DNA of 63,204 nt, filler included, from Asterionella formosa (Eukaryota), in NCBI GenBank assembly GCA_002256025.1. It is 18 parts of 18 records of this genome, joined end to end, with 100 filler letters (N's around TTAATTAATTAA, not from the genome) between each part and the next. Parts side by side here need not be neighbours in the genome. Positions count along the whole stretch, not along the records: positions 21,159 to 24,578 come from NKIB01014167.1; positions 24,679 to 28,095 come from NKIB01014169.1; positions 28,196 to 31,611 come from NKIB01014170.1; positions 31,712 to 35,126 come from NKIB01014171.1; positions 35,227 to 38,641 come from NKIB01014172.1; 13 more parts are not named here. One strand, 5' to 3'. Below are positions 24,001-38,641 of the stretch, one piece after another. The notes beneath the pieces are model-generated. The model saw nothing but the letters and a program-made list of their open reading frames with translations. It made no database searches and had not been told where the DNA came from. A program made the translations under genes and the position numbers. The first letter of the stretch is position 1, and every line of letters starts with the position of its first letter.

Positions 24001-26479
24001 AATTACCGTTTATAAATAAAAATAAGCAAGAACGAGACTGTGATTCTGGTTTGGATGCAAAAGGTCCTTGGTACCCATCAATCCTTATAAAATTGAATTT
24101 ATATTAAATTAAGAAAAGCAAGAGATTGTTAGATTTTCCATGTGATCATCCAAGAGCCAGATGGCTGGTTGCAACCTGAGGATCAATATAGTTGGATACA
24201 TGGGACTAAGTATAGAAATAATTTTGCAATTAACAATCAAATTGTGACCTTCACACCAAATTGATGCAATATGTGTTACATCTACGCCCTACCTCCTCTC
24301 ATTTCCCTGCAAAAGGTATGTAACATCGATCTGCTGTTGCTGGTTGTCATGTTCATTGATTTTGTTCCTTGTTAGCTAGCTTCACTGTATTGTCAGATAT
24401 GACAGATCATAGACATATTTCTTGGTTTGCCTTGCAAAAAGTTGTGTGGAAATCGAGGGCAGAGCGGTGTGTTTTGAATTGTTTCACCAGATTCTCAATG
24501 CTGTGGATGGGGTCTGCTTGATTTGTTGTGCCAACATTGCCTTCTATCCTGTCATCTTGCCATTTGTCAAGATCTTTCNNNNNNNNNNNNNNNNNNNNNN
24601 NNNNNNNNNNNNNNNNNNNNNNTTAATTAATTAANNNNNNNNNNNNNNNNNNNNNNNNNNNNNNNNNNNNNNNNNNNNATGCTCTCATCGCAATGATTGG
24701 TGCTTCAGCTTTCACTTCCACCTTCCCCCCCCCCCCCATCCAATTCTGAAGGGTGTTGTACTGGTTGCCTTGCCCTTGCCGTTGTTCCCCTGCGTTGTTC
24801 CATTTACTCCTGAGGGTTCTGAGTTTGCATTCACGCACTATTGAATCCGTTTCGTTGTTCCAATCAGCCATGCTAACAAAGAGAAGCAATTCATTGTTAG
24901 CTGTTCATGTTTTGCTTACACAACAACATGCATTTCGCTTCTATCTGCCTTCACTTGCTTACCACAAATTGAGGAAGTAACTGATGCATATTTCTGTAAA
25001 AGAACAATGTTTCAGTTTAAGATTGAATGAGAAGCAAAGTATCGATCAATAACTGGGCTCCAACACTGCTGTTTGTAACTTACAAATACTGTTTGTCTAC
25101 CATTATCCTGAAAGAAGCAACACATATGTGTCAGTTTTTCTAACAGTTGTAGATTGATCCAAAGATGGCTGATAGGCAGCACTTACCGATTTCTTTTGGC
25201 ATTCCACATTGATGGTTGGCCAGCCACCAATCGAAAAGGAGCTATTGAATCACTGAAAGGGACAAGTCATTCCGTATTTTTGATCCCAGCATTTGATCAT
25301 CCTGTCATTTGCTCTTGACAAACCGTGATGCTATGCAAAGCTTGTTGATTCCGCTCTTCTCCATCATATGCGCTCCTTCTTAGCCGCATGGTGTATCATC
25401 GTGCTGTATTTTCACTTCAGTTTTTCGCATCATGTGTTGCTTGAGATCCTTCATTTCAGGAAGTGGATGCAGCATGACAAGGAACATGAAAGGCATTTGC
25501 TCTTGACTTACCATCAATTGATTCCTTTTTTTTCTCTTCAAAGCCACAAGTATCATTGTGCTGTATTATCACTTTCATTTTCCATGTCATCATGTGTGAT
25601 GATCCTTCATTTCAGGAGCAAAGGTGTATGCATGACAAGGAACATGAAAACATGATTTCAAATGTTTCAGCCATGAATACATATATATATATATATAAAG
25701 ATTTGTAAGAAGTTTAAATATATATATAGTTGAACATTTGCATAGTTTTAAACACGCTCATTATACAGCATATCCTGTGTATGCTAATATCAATTTTGAT
25801 TATACATAATTCAAATATATACAATGCATGATGAGTTCATAGTTTTCCACGACCTGTTGAATTTTTTCAATTTGTTTTGTGTCAATTCTTGTACCTACAA
25901 GTCAGTGGCTGATTTAATTAAGCCCCTTAATGAACAGGAGTCACCACCAATTTTTCAAATGGTCGAAATCATACATTTATGTATATAGACATATTGACCA
26001 AAATTCATATGCCCTACCGGTAGTACTGTATACTTGCTGGGAATTGCTTCTATCATGGAAATGCCACAATAGTGCAGCGGAAGCAAAACTGAATATGCTC
26101 ATGAGTTTAGGATCATTTGATCATATTCTTAAGATCAATTTATCCTGATTCTTGTTGAAAATAAATTTTGATCTTTCATTTTCTCATCAACGACACCGTT
26201 TATCATATGATCAATATATTATGATCAAAGGTATAGGACAAATGAATCAAAATTTATTGATAAAAGATCATATTTTATACCGGAGAAGTTGCTCATGCAT
26301 GCAACCCCTTCCCCCCTGAATAGTACAGTACGGAAGTGATAACCCCCAAGCTACCAAATTTATGTCTTGTAAGAATCATCGCAGCATGCATGCATACATG
26401 ACTCCTACTGGTATATGCAATGCGGAAATGATGACCACCAGACTACCAATCCTATAGGTCCTGTAGAATAATCGCAACA

Positions 26480-27450
26480 TGGCTGTATATCCAAATATAG
26501 TCTACACAAGGAGCATTGCATCATATATGCCCTGTTATTTTAATTTCTATGAAATCTTGATCTGTTCTGCGCTTTTTCGCCACAATTGTGCTGTTTTCAT
26601 TGATTCACTGGACAGCATTCGAATTGATTGTGCTTCGAACAAAGCCATGATCAAGGTTACCCCATTGCAGAATGGTGAGTCTCACAACTACTAAGTATCA
26701 GCCAGTCGATTAAAATTGGACTGTCGTTTGTGCACCCTCGTTGTGTTTGTACTTGACTTGGCAGCTATCAGCCAAGAGCAGCCATGCTATGCCACCATTT
26801 ATTGTCTATACAAGTTTCGAATGCGTTCAGCTATATGATAACTTTTGCTCCCCTCCTTAAAAATATCTCACCACGCACCCTTGTCATAGATTTTTCTTTA
26901 TCCTTTGGCTTCACAGGCCCAGGTTACTCAATGCCTTCATCTGCAAGGAGTTCAGCCAATCATGCCCACGTTGGCGTCAAGAAAAACCTCAATCCCTAGG
27001 TATTTTCCTCACATGCTTCACCCATTGATTTCTTCATTGATGTCAGGTGGCGCAGGCTTGTGAATAGATTGATGATGCCGAAAGCATTGCTTCCTTTTCC
27101 CGTAGGTACCTATTCGTCAACAGTGTTAACATTGTTTGGGTCAATCCATTCTTGTTCTCGCAAGACCAGAAGCAATTATGCCTTTACTTCTCCCCCCAAG
27201 AACCTTCATTTCTCTTTCACAATTGTCCTGATGTTTGCAGAGCATTTTTAGCTATTTCCCTTTTGATTTTCCCACTGGTTTCGATCCCTTTTGCATTCAA
27301 GTCAAGAAACAAGCAACTCATTGAGATTTATGGAAGTTTTGGTCAGAGTCACCATACAGCAAGCAACAATCAACAGATCATGGCGGCTGTTCTCCATTTT
27401 CTGTAGCAAGTGACATTCAAGAAGGGTCTGGGATCATTGGGGAGAAAAGT
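26480..27450 (-). pseudogene. Heavily degraded DDE transposase-like relic
   Basis: Interrupted minus-strand peptides LREQEWIDPNN, AFGIINLFTSLRHL, LTPT..AELLADEGIE resemble IS630/Tc1-like transposases; many stops. Confidence 0.35.
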
Positions 27451-28195
27451 TAGTAGGATTCTCTGTGTTTGCCCCTGTCTGTTTGGCATTCTACCATTGC
27501 TTCCTTGCACAAATCAATACTAGCTAGTATAGCTAATGAAAACCGTAATTAGATGAAATGTGACTTCCGGTTTCTAATATTTTACATTGTTGCACTACTG
27601 AAACTTGAATCCATCAATGGGCATTCAACTTGTGCTTGCTTCTTGCATTTTTGCAGTATAGACTGGCTGGTGTTCGATAGGCCAAGCAAAGTGTCTCGCT
27701 TTTCATGAACACCGACAAAGTAGTGCTTTTTTCGAGGTTTGTGTCTAGATCCAACTGCTGCCATCCATTGAAATATTCCATATACATCAAAGAATACGCT
27801 CCTGTCTTCAAATGTAAGGAACTAGTACGATGACAAAGAAAATCTAATGAGACATGAAAATTACGAAACCAGAATCACAGTGTTACTATAAATAGACAGT
27901 CTCGTGCTTGTTTGTGCATATCGCCTGCTATGCTGCGTTTCAATTCTAAATGTATTACATTCTTGTTAGAGAGACGATGTTACGGAGAAGTAGATTGTGC
28001 TGTTCTATAATGGATGTTGTTTAGCTATGATTGAGGTTGTAACACTGATTGATGCTCTGGTGACAGACCGGCCGGAAATATTCGTCTTGTGTGATNNNNN
28101 NNNNNNNNNNNNNNNNNNNNNNNNNNNNNNNNNNNNNNNTTAATTAATTAANNNNNNNNNNNNNNNNNNNNNNNNNNNNNNNNNNNNNNNNNNNN

Positions 28196-30426
28196 TGGGC
28201 CAAGTTCTTCAAAAAAATTCTACCAACCATTACGGGCCCCTTCACGTCGAATGGATGGACGATCCAACTCATTGCCGAGAAAATGAGTTTTCTGAGTATG
28301 CTCCTGCAGCCCCAATCCAAGATCCCGTGGTTGTGACCAATACATCCATGTTTAATGCTCTTCTCTATTGTAGCGGCGACGAGTATCTGCCATTGCCATT
28401 ACCTCAGACAAGGTCACCTACTCAGGCTCCCAGCTCCAGTCCTTCACTTTCCGTGGCTCCATCGGATATGCCGACTTTGTCTCCTACGTCGTTTCCAAGC
28501 GCCAACCCAACTCACTCGCCAACGAAGACACCGACACAACTTCCAACCGTGGGACCAACACTGTCGCCAACGTTTTCATCTGTTGCGTTAAGGCAACTTG
28601 AAGCCCTTGCGAACTTTTACAACTCTACACAAATGTTTTCCAGCTATTCATCAGCATTGCAGAACTGGTTCATCAACAAGGACTATTGCCGTTTTACAGG
28701 CATTAGCTGTGACAGCATCGGATACGTGACGGGCATTGATTTGAACAACAAGGGTCTTGCTGGGACTCTACCACAAACTTGGGACAATTTGAATCGAATT
28801 AATAAGCTTAGGGTGACTGGGAATTTGATTGCGGGTCCTATTCCCACACATCTTTATGAGCTTGATTCCCTCAACACTATTGAGATTGCAAATAACCGCT
28901 TCACAGGTGAAATTCCTCGCGAGTTTCGTTATCTCAAAAATCTTCGTCGACTCGTCCTTTCTTATAACAAGTTAAATGGTACCATTCCCAGCGAACTTTG
29001 TGAAATGACAAGGTTGTCAGCCTTTCAAATTTCTAATAATGTTGACATGACAGGCGAAATCCCTCCATGCTTTGGAGGATTGCCGTTGGACCTCTTTAGC
29101 ATTCAAAACGTTGGTCTCGTCGGAACTGTCCCTGCCTCGCTTTGTGGCATTCGGTCCATGAATGGTTTATTTCCTAATCGTTTTGGTTGTGATGCCTTGG
29201 CGTGTCCTGCTGGAACGTACGGAATCACGAACGGTCGAATGGTCGACAACCTATCCCCTTGTGTTGCTTGCACTGTTCTATCCAATGTGCTTGCTTCAAC
29301 AAGTTGTGTCTTTTTGGAAGGCAATACTGTCGGTACCCCAACTCCGACTACAACCTTTTTTCCAAACGTTTTTCCTACTCCACTTCCTACTTTGGCTCCT
29401 TCCGTTTTATTTTTGAATTCAAGTGCTCCTGTATTATCCCCCACTATTTCCACCAACACCACCAATAATACCACCACTCCAACAGGCTCGCCAATCGATA
29501 CTGCTTCTCCAGCTCCGTCAATGTTGTACATCGACATTGAACTAACGAATTCTCCCACCTTGATGGCTTCTCAGGACACCATGTATCCATCTATAACAGT
29601 ATTGACTGCGCCTTCGAGTAGTCCATCAACAGCACCCTCCTCATTTCCATCTAATGCTCCATCGGCGAAAGCCACTACTACGGTGACGATGATGATTTTC
29701 GAAACGTTCCAGTTGGATTTGATCTTTGTTGGTGTCACCTCCAAACTAAACGACACAACTGTCTTTTGCGATGCTACCAAAACGTTCTTGGAAAACAATT
29801 CCACCACGATTAAGAATGTGACAGTGTTGTCCCATAATGTTGGCGCCTACTCTAACGAAACAGTTGCTTCTATCCCTATTGCTCGTTACTTGAAGGACAG
29901 AAGGGCCTTGTTTGTTCATGTCCTGATTGAAGGAAGTGTTTCTGACAATGGAACGTTGCTGGAAGCTGTCCAAGCTCGATTGGTGAATTTCGATGCATAT
30001 GCGGCACGTGTTGGATTGGTAAAAGTATCCAGTACGACTCTTCCTATTACTCCACCTACATTGGCCCCAGTTTCGGTATCATCAAGAAAGAAGGATTTGA
30101 ATTGGGGACTCATTGGGGCTGCCATTTGTCTCACTGTAGTGGCAATTGTGTGTGTCTATATTGTTCGACACAAGCACCAGTTGCAACGACTAACAGAACA
30201 GGCTCATTTTGCTACCAGCACTGATGTTCGTCGTTCAGTTGTGGAGGATGGCATGGATAATAATGACGACTTTTCATTGGCCACTAGCACTGGGTGGAAA
30301 TCAACAGCATCGCTAGCAAAAGAAGAAGAAGACAATAATTCTCTATGGGATGAGTGGTCTTGTGTTGACAAGAACACGAAGCGACCAATTGGAAATGATG
30401 CCACCACCTTGGAGGAGTTGCTTTAG
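28196..30426 (+). CDS. LRR receptor-like type-I membrane protein with Pro/Thr/Ser-rich stalks (5'-truncated)
   Basis: LRRNT (ALANFYNST..W..C.FTGISC), plant-type LRRs (LxxNxLxGxIP), PT-rich repeats, TM WGLIGAAICLTVVAIVCVYIV. Confidence 0.9.
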
Positions 30427-30694
30427 AATTATGTCATGGGGAGAAAATGTCATGGGGAGAAAAGAATTTATACGCAGCTTTGTAAAAGAAAGTAAAATCA
30501 AAATGCATACATGTAAAAATGCTTGTTTTCAAATTTATGACTTGATCATAATTCCACAATATTTAGTTCAGATAAATACATTAGTGAGGTTGGAAGTTTA
30601 TATACGGAGCAGTCGTTACATTGGATGCCATCTATTAGTATTATATAAGTGGTTGTAGGGCATGTGCGTCTGTACACATATATATCCTGGTCTT

Positions 30695-31611
30695 TTACAG
30701 TTGGAACCCAAAGAATGCAATGGCATTGGCTGTTGTTTGTTGAGCCACTTTTTCATGTGTCAAATCAGGGTTATCAAGTAATTTGACCACTTGATCCAGA
30801 ACCATGGGTAAAGAACTTGGTACATTGGGGTATGTTCCTTGGAGAAACTTTTTCCGCTGCTTGCTTGTTGTCGTAGTATTATGAATCATACTGTCAATAT
30901 TCTTGTCCAAGTAGGATTGTCGACATTTAGGAAATCCCATGTATGGTGCATCTGTTTCTAGCATTAATTTGTCAAGTGGGATAATATGACGTAAACATTC
31001 TTGTGCCATGACAACATTGGCTGGTTTGCAAATGTATCCTGATAACGAAATGTAATATCCTCGATCCATGTACTGTTGACATTCATCAGGTGTACCTGTA
31101 AAGCAATGAATAATCACCTTGGTTTCACCATTATTTTTATTCTGATGAAATTCTTTCAACAGGTCCATTGTTTCTTGAAATGCCCCTCGTTCATGAACAA
31201 ACAGGGGAAGATTCAATTCTTGTGCCAATTTAATTTGCAGTTGGAACCATGGGATTTGATCAATAATGGGTGGAAATCCTGGTGATGAATCAAGACCACA
31301 TTCCCCCACTGCACACACGAGGGATGAATGATGTTGTATCAATTGTTTCATTTCGTCATAATACTCATGGATTGGTGATCGTAGTCCTGTAGTAGTAGTA
31401 GTATCAATATCATTGACATGATAGGGATGTACACCAACTGTGGTGAGAATTTTCACAAAGTGCTGTTGTAATTGTTGTCGTTCCTTCAACAAGGCCAATC
31501 CATGCTTGGCTTCTTGAATTGTGGACGATGGCGACACCATGGCAATAATATTTGATTCTTCCACTGCATCCTCCAGTAGAATAGAAAGAGGTGACAACTC
31601 TTCCTTATTGT
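30695..31611 (-). CDS. tatD: TatD-family DNase (5'-truncated)
   Basis: TVGVHPY, AVGECGLD, LPLFVHERGA, IIHCFTG, LMLETDAPY. Confidence 0.93.
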
Positions 31612-31869
31612 NNNNNNNNNNNNNNNNNNNNNNNNNNNNNNNNNNNNNNNNNNNNTTAATTAATTAANNNNNNNNNNNNNNNNNNNNNNNNNNNNNNNNN
31701 NNNNNNNNNNNAGTACCGACAAAGTATATAGTATTCTAACATGAGGATTACTACCGCAATACTGGGAGGAAAAACCTTCTGTTCGAGAGTACCGACAAAT
31801 TATACAGTATTCTAACATGAATGTTAGTTGGTACCAATTCATTCGATGACTGATGGTATTGGTTGACAA

Positions 31870-32915
31870 ATGTTATCAGGTGCTACACGAAGAATCTATT
31901 ACTGGTGTCCACCACTTGGCTACAAAGTGAGGAAAAATCGGAAACCATCGAGATTGCATCACAACATTTGCTCGAATCATTCTTTTGAACCATTTGGTTG
32001 GTGTCGTGTTTGTTATCAAGAACACCAGCTAGTTCCGTCGATCGTTGCATCGTCGGAATTCTGTTTCAAAACTCCCTATGAACACCTTATCAAGAGCAGA
32101 CAAACTTTGGAAGGCATTCAGCAACCAGCCTGTGATGTTTCTTTCCCCGAAAGAAATAATAGTTTCCAAGATGATGATGATATTATCTCGACAGAGGACC
32201 GAGAAGAGACTATACACTTTGAATCGATTTCCGGAAAAACATACAGTATTTTGAAAACAATGAATGAAGAAGGACTATTATTGGATCAATCAAAGTATAT
32301 TCCTCTGCCATACAACTTGTCTATTCCCAGTAGAGAAACATTAGCAATGGACCCAATCGAGTGAGAGCTAATGTTTTTTATCAACAAACATTTTTTGCCA
32401 CCATCATACTTTGATCATATAATGAATTAGGCTTTCAAGGCTCGTGATGATGGCTATTTCCAGAAAAAGCAATGTGCACTGTCCCATCAGACATTCAAAA
32501 AAATTGAATACATCATTTATTCCATCTCTTACAGGGTGGAAGTTGTTGGTAAAACAATGGGAAATTGAACTTAGTTTAAGATTTCAACTTCCCTGCACTC
32601 TGCATTATTTTGATCCTGTTGGTTTACTGGGTGCCATGCTACGAGATCCTGACGTGATGCAACATTTTGTGTGCTACCCACAAGAGAAATTCACAACTTG
32701 CGGAAAACGCATCTACGATGAAACTACTTCTGCAGAATGGACAGAATGGTTTCACTCAGCTTTTAATGAATCCCACGCTTCAGAGGATGGGAAACTAAAA
32801 GCCGGCCACCTGTTTGTAGGAATTTGACTTTTCAGTGATGGATCCGAAATTGAAAAAATTCAGAAACATTCTGAACATCCATTGCTAATTACAATGCTCA
32901 ATTCGTCTATTTGTG
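31870..32915 (+). pseudogene. Plavaka-like transposase relic
   Basis: YFDPVGLL..MLRDP, KRIYDETTSAEW, FVGI*LFSDGS..KHSEHPLLITMLN follow the Plavaka R.Y.E..T..W / SD / HP..T..N pattern; stops and frameshifts. Confidence 0.55.
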
Positions 32916-34112
32916 ATGAAACGACTGGATTAAGCGTTGTTGAGCATAACAACATTCTTTCCACAGCATTAGTAGTCCCAGCTTTAGCACCAGCTTCAAT
33001 CAGTATATGTATGAGTACATGAGAAACCGTTGAAGCCATGGAAAATACAGATTATTATATTGCATTACCACCACGAAATCAATGGAAATTAATTGGTTGG
33101 GATATTCCTTTAAGTACAGAGAAGTAGCACCAATCATCACAATACAAATTATTACGAATATACTTCAACATTTTATAACTGCCTCCGAATTCATAGTTTA
33201 CTTATCTTTATGATTTTCCTTTTTTTTGAGAACATGACGATGAAAAAGAACTGTCATCATCCACTGATTCTTCCGAAGATTTCAAGAAACTCTTGAAATC
33301 TTTGTATAGTATATCATGCTGGCTGTCATACAACGAAAGCATGTTCGTATTCTTTTTCAAATTTCAATGTTTCTTTATTACCATGCCAATGGTAAGATTC
33401 TACGGCGGGATGATGATGAACCATTTTACAAAGATACGTCAGTTCAGTTGTAGTTAACATCGGAGATAACTCGAATTCAGGTTTGAACTCCATTGCTGCA
33501 ACTTTGTCACAACATGAACCCACAATGGTGTTGAGAACATATACCATAACTGCATCTTCAACGTCAATTTCTGAAGTACCAGAAAATGACGCACCAATTC
33601 ACACAAACCCCTCCACTCATTTGCCAACAAACAGCAAGATGCAACGCCCCGCCAGAACATTCAAATATACCTGAATACTCAATGAAACGTCGCCTAAATG
33701 CTTTCTAGTATCGATATAGGAATCTTCATGTTATAATTGTCATAGCGAGAACCAAACAAACTATCAAAAAATCTAGAGGACGACTCAGATCTACTGGAAG
33801 GTCCAGTAAAACACGTTTTTATCTTCATAGAAAGATTTAGCTAAATATCTCGATTGCTGGACCTTCCTCGTCTGCAAAACAAATCCTGCAGGAAGGAGTT
33901 GGCTTACAAATCGAATCTGCAAATCAAAAGCAACGGAAACCCGGAAACCCGGAACTCCATCAGTTACTTTAATACCACAGTCGAACGAGGATATGTATGT
34001 ATGGTACCAGTTACCAGGTACCGGTAGTAGACTTGAATATTCATCAAACATTCAGGCGAACCACCGGACACCATAAGAGAGCCAAGTACCGGTACTGGTA
34101 CCAGGTACCTGG

Positions 34113-35126
34113 TAAAGTATCTAACTAGAAGTAGTAGCACTTGTTGAATAGATGAGCTCATTAGTTAATCCTTGCTTGTGTGCAACTCATTCCATAACAA
34201 GTCGACACCAAAGTATACAATAAGGGCTAGTCGAGTTCTCTCATTATTGAGTTCTGATATGTATGATATAACACTACTAACCCTAGTATATACATCTGTA
34301 TTGATGCGCGAGATTGCTCACTCTCCCACACCAGCCAAGGGAAAACCTTTTACCTTTGAAAAGGTTTGATGCAATGAAAATTAATTTGTTCCATAATGTG
34401 CATAGTTTGTTGAAAAGTAACTGTACCATTGGCATGCACTTGAATAATAGAATAAGGACCTCGTCTATGGACTTCCAAGGTAGTAGGATTATCTAATATA
34501 GTTAGAATCTCGTCACGAACTTTGTAATGACAAAGAATGGCTGATGTTGGAAATTAGCAAGACATATACATTTGTCGATTATCACTTAATCTGTAATCAA
34601 AGGAATGTTTAATTTCATATCACATTGGAAAACCCAGCATGTTCCTGGTAAAATAGATGTAGACGTTCACAGATAGCATTTGCTTGTGGATTCTTGACTG
34701 TAATAATCCCATCTTTATTTCCATTCAACATTTACATGTGTATGAAAGGAATACCAGTAAATTCACCTTCATTATTGTCATGTATACAGCGTTCTGGGCG
34801 GAAATATCTCGCTAACCAATCATTTTCAAATCTCATTGCAATATATTTTGATGTCTTATTAGTCTATTGAAATGTGAAATTTCTGGTAAATTGGTGACTG
34901 TGTTAACTCAAGTTAGAGCACGAAATTCAATTGCTTATGCAGTCACTGTTATCTTCCATGGACCAATTAAATCCATTGTGACTTCTGAACATTGTAATAA
35001 CAATGCATTCCTTGGTGGAAGTTCACCAAAAACCAGCACCAGGTAATTTATTATGTTTTGACATGCTTCACATATGCTTACAATATATTTTTCCATTCTT
35101 GCTTTTAATGTAGGATGATAAAAATG
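34113..35126 (-). mobile_element. Ty3/gypsy 3' end: degraded integrase, PPT (34321-34330), 3' LTR 34113-34320
   Basis: Minus-strand RCIHDNEGEF, KNPQANAICERLH, GPYSIIQVHANGTV; PPT TGTGGGAGAG followed by TGAGCAATC; LTR homologous to 51982-52176 and 63073-63204. Confidence 0.85.
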
Positions 35127-35226
35127 NNNNNNNNNNNNNNNNNNNNNNNNNNNNNNNNNNNNNNNNNNNNTTAATTAATTAANNNNNNNNNNNNNNNNNN
35201 NNNNNNNNNNNNNNNNNNNNNNNNNN

Positions 35227-35386
35227 ACTGAATATGAGTCTTGACCGTATCCAGAGGATATACAAGCACATGTTCACCAACGCCTGCCAAGGAACCTGCC
35301 ACACAGTGATGCCAAAAGGGAGTTCTGCCGTCCCACTCTTCGAATTCAAGGGGATCGTCTACGTTTTCTGTTACTGCTAACGACAT
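35227..35386 (-). CDS. Mitochondrial carrier, mitoferrin-like (N-terminal part)
   Basis: EFEEWDG..HCVAGSLAGVGEHVLVYPLDTVKTHIQ (PxD/ExxK motif; 'EH' typical of Mrs3/4/mitoferrin). Confidence 0.85.
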
Positions 35387-37070
35387 GTTGGATATTGCGC
35401 TAGAATACGAGTAGCGACGTTTGTAGATCGTTGTCAATAGACTGCCAGTATGATCTTGAGTGGAGTGGACTATCAATTGGTCGACAATGTAGCTAATATA
35501 ATACCGACTTTTCAATGGAAGCAGCCTGTTCGTGTTGTTTACCTTGTTGTGTTTACGTTTCTATTACCTATAATGAAATAGTACCTATCTACCGGTATAT
35601 ACCTGCAAGTTGCGGTACCCGGTAATTTTGCTTTAACTAACATTTTAATCTGGGATTAAAATAGCTAAACATTTAGTTTAAGCAAAATTGTTGCAACTTG
35701 GTGGTCAACGTACTTGAGTAACGTACTCTGCAATATTGCATAAAATTAAGTACAGGTATGCTGTATATTTTTTGGATAGGTTCAAGAAAAGGCATTTTGA
35801 TTTTCATCAGCGAATATATTTCGTCCTCCTTTACCACCAACTCCAATTTCGGAAATGATATGGCCACCACTGGAACACGTTGCTGTTTTTGTGATTGATT
35901 TGTTAGTACGTGTAAAAATAAGATTTTATTTGTTATTTCATGCCACCTCACTTCTGGAATTTTTTGAAACAACATATGTAGCTAGGTGGATTGAAGTTTA
36001 AACTACTAATGAAATAAATGAAAATGGTTAAGTCACTAATCACTACTAGATTTAGAACATTTAGAATGATTGGGAGTTCGCTTTGTTTGGGTTCTTGTTT
36101 TTCAAAAGGGATCAAACCCCCTTCAAACAACAGTCAGGAAGTTCCTGCCAAACACCTTTTCCCAAAGGTCCACAAAAATTTCTGATCAAAAACTTGTAGA
36201 CAAGATTATGTGCTCCTGATGGCGTGATGTCTTCATCCTTGAGAATGAAATCATCTTCCAAAAATTTCTCCACCAACTCTTCAACTTCATCCCATCAACA
36301 CTGACATTCAGAGCAACCAAAATTGTAGCATTCACAGAAGATGCTTGCCTCACATCCCTCCAAATCCGACTCTACAATTTACCAGTCATTGATATGTTGG
36401 ACATGTATCATGACTGTTGTTGAATTCTAAGATGCCATTGTTGTCTAAATGGTCTGTTTTTTCACTCACAATGGATAGTTGCATTTTTTTGGTTCTCACC
36501 AGTAGTCATCAACAATATTTGCAATGCTGCCAGCTCGTATGACACATACCGGTAAATGTTTATCATATTATATGGTACTGGCACCTGGTACCAGGTACCT
36601 GGTACCATACCAGGGGTATGTATATACATAGAGCGACGGAGAATGTTTACCGGTATATGCCGGTATGAATATTTAGTGAATTCGAAAAGGAATCTATGTA
36701 CATACGCACAAATTTCCACTGATTTAAATATTTCAAATGGAATCATGCGGTCATTCAATAATTTTTCTATTGAAACTCGTAGTTCCAGAGAACTTTGGCA
36801 ACCCTAACGAATATTACATATAATTTTTGCCGAAGGGTTGAAATGCAGGAACTTTTTGGGTAGTCCCCCCTGGCACCAGGTTAACAGATACCATAATAAT
36901 TTTCCAATCGATTCCTACATAATACCTGGTACCAGGTACAAAGAAGAATCTTGAATCATTTTCCCGTATCATGTGAATATATTTACTGTACAAATCAGTC
37001 AGGCCTTCGACAATTTTGGTCACATTCCAGTGAACGCCCTCTCGAACTCTTCTGCAATGAAATTGTCACC

Positions 37071-38641
37071 ATGATGACGCCTCCTGGTTCTTCACGTGAC
37101 AGGGTACACGTCGATTTCTTGAATGATAGTGTGGTCCCGGCCGCTCAAGACGCTGTTGAGGCAAGATTGAGACGAAAAGGATCGAATCTTGTAGCTTTCC
37201 CTGTAAGTGAATTCGTGATGGAAGTCCTGATCACCGGCCTGTGGTGCAGACTATGTTAGCTTCACTGGCTGGATATCTTACTGTCAGTCCAACGCTAACA
37301 ACCCCCTCTTGTCTTCCAGGGGCGACCCCAAGACGAAGAAGCGGTCTCTAGCGCCACTACTCGATGGAGTCAACGACTCGCACAGTGCTTCCGTCAGCTC
37401 TGCTGTCGTTCTTTGCCCCCTAGAACTGATAGGAGCTCATCGCACAACAACGTAGCCGGGGATATCGAGAGTCAGGCCAAAAGGTACAATCTCCGAGCCA
37501 TCAGGCGAATGGAAATCACCTCCATTTTCTTCAGGCACTTGTGCTGCTGCGGCAAAAAGGCCACCACCACGTTGACTCGACTTGCATCGGGGATATTCCA
37601 CAATTATTCGATCTCCATGTACTTGCACTGGATTTTTAAAATGAACTTTCCGGTGTTATTTATTCTTAGTTGCTTGGTCTATTTCGGGCTCATTGTGCTA
37701 TTTACAGGGTTCATTGTCTTGGCGGGGACCGTAGATCCGACTTGCGTTAATATTGGGGGCTCGTCATTTCAAAGTGCAGGAGGAAACCCGTTTACGAACG
37801 CATTTTCATTGAGCTGGACAACATTCTCGACTGTTGGATATGGATCGGCATCTCCAGCGACCACCAAAATGTCCCCGAATCGCAACGATTGCGCGTTTAC
37901 CACTATTCTTTGTTCATTTGAATCGTTTATCGGTGTCCTCTACTCTGGATTTTGCGGAGCCATTCTCTTTGGAAAAGTCCTCAGGATTCTATCTCATGCG
38001 CAAGTCATGTTTAGTGAACCACTTGTGGTTCGATACGGGGTTGAAGGAGTTGGACAAGTCAGGCGAAGCCAGACTTTTAACCACACCCAGTCAACCCAAA
38101 TTCCGTGTCCAGTGCTGGAATTTAGAGTGGCAAACCTTCTCTTTAATGAAGTTGGAGGAGAAATTTTGGACGCCACTCTCAATGTGGTCGCAAACGTGGA
38201 TGCTACTAATGATGGCGGGAACCCACTAACAATGCAAGGCCTTGCTCGCACATTTTCTACGCCTCGAATGGATTCTGTTCTTAACATGATTTCTTCAAGG
38301 CCAGGAAGGTCACGACAGCTCTCGAATTTTTCACAATTATCAATAGATCAAAGTAGAAGATCGATGGAAACAAGAAAACCCAACAAAATAGTGCCCAAGC
38401 GAGCTTTTTCTAAAATGAGAATTGAATCACCGGAACATCCCTTCTTCAAACGAGTTTGGGTGGCCCAGCATATCTTGAACGAATTCTCTCCAATTGTTAC
38501 TCCTCGAACCCGAAAAGCAATTCGCAACAATGGAGGCTTTTGGCCTGAGTATCTCAACAATTATAAAGGCGTTCGACAATCACTGAAATTCAATCAAATT
38601 TTGGTTAGTCTGCATGGTGTGTCTAATGTAAGTGCGACGGA
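37071..38641 (+). CDS. Inward-rectifier-type K+ channel (3'-truncated); intron 37203-37319
   Basis: Two TM helices flanking the pore AFSLSWTTFSTVGYG; cytoplasmic AQVMFSEPLVV, PVLEFRVAN, H.LNEFSP; the intron keeps the frame. Confidence 0.88.

Noticed and set aside
33791..33808. Hairpin TACTGGAAGGTCCAGTA (similar at about 41399-41416) as a Helitron 3' end or terminator
   Set aside because: No correctly placed CTRR terminus or other element hallmarks; too short to support a call.
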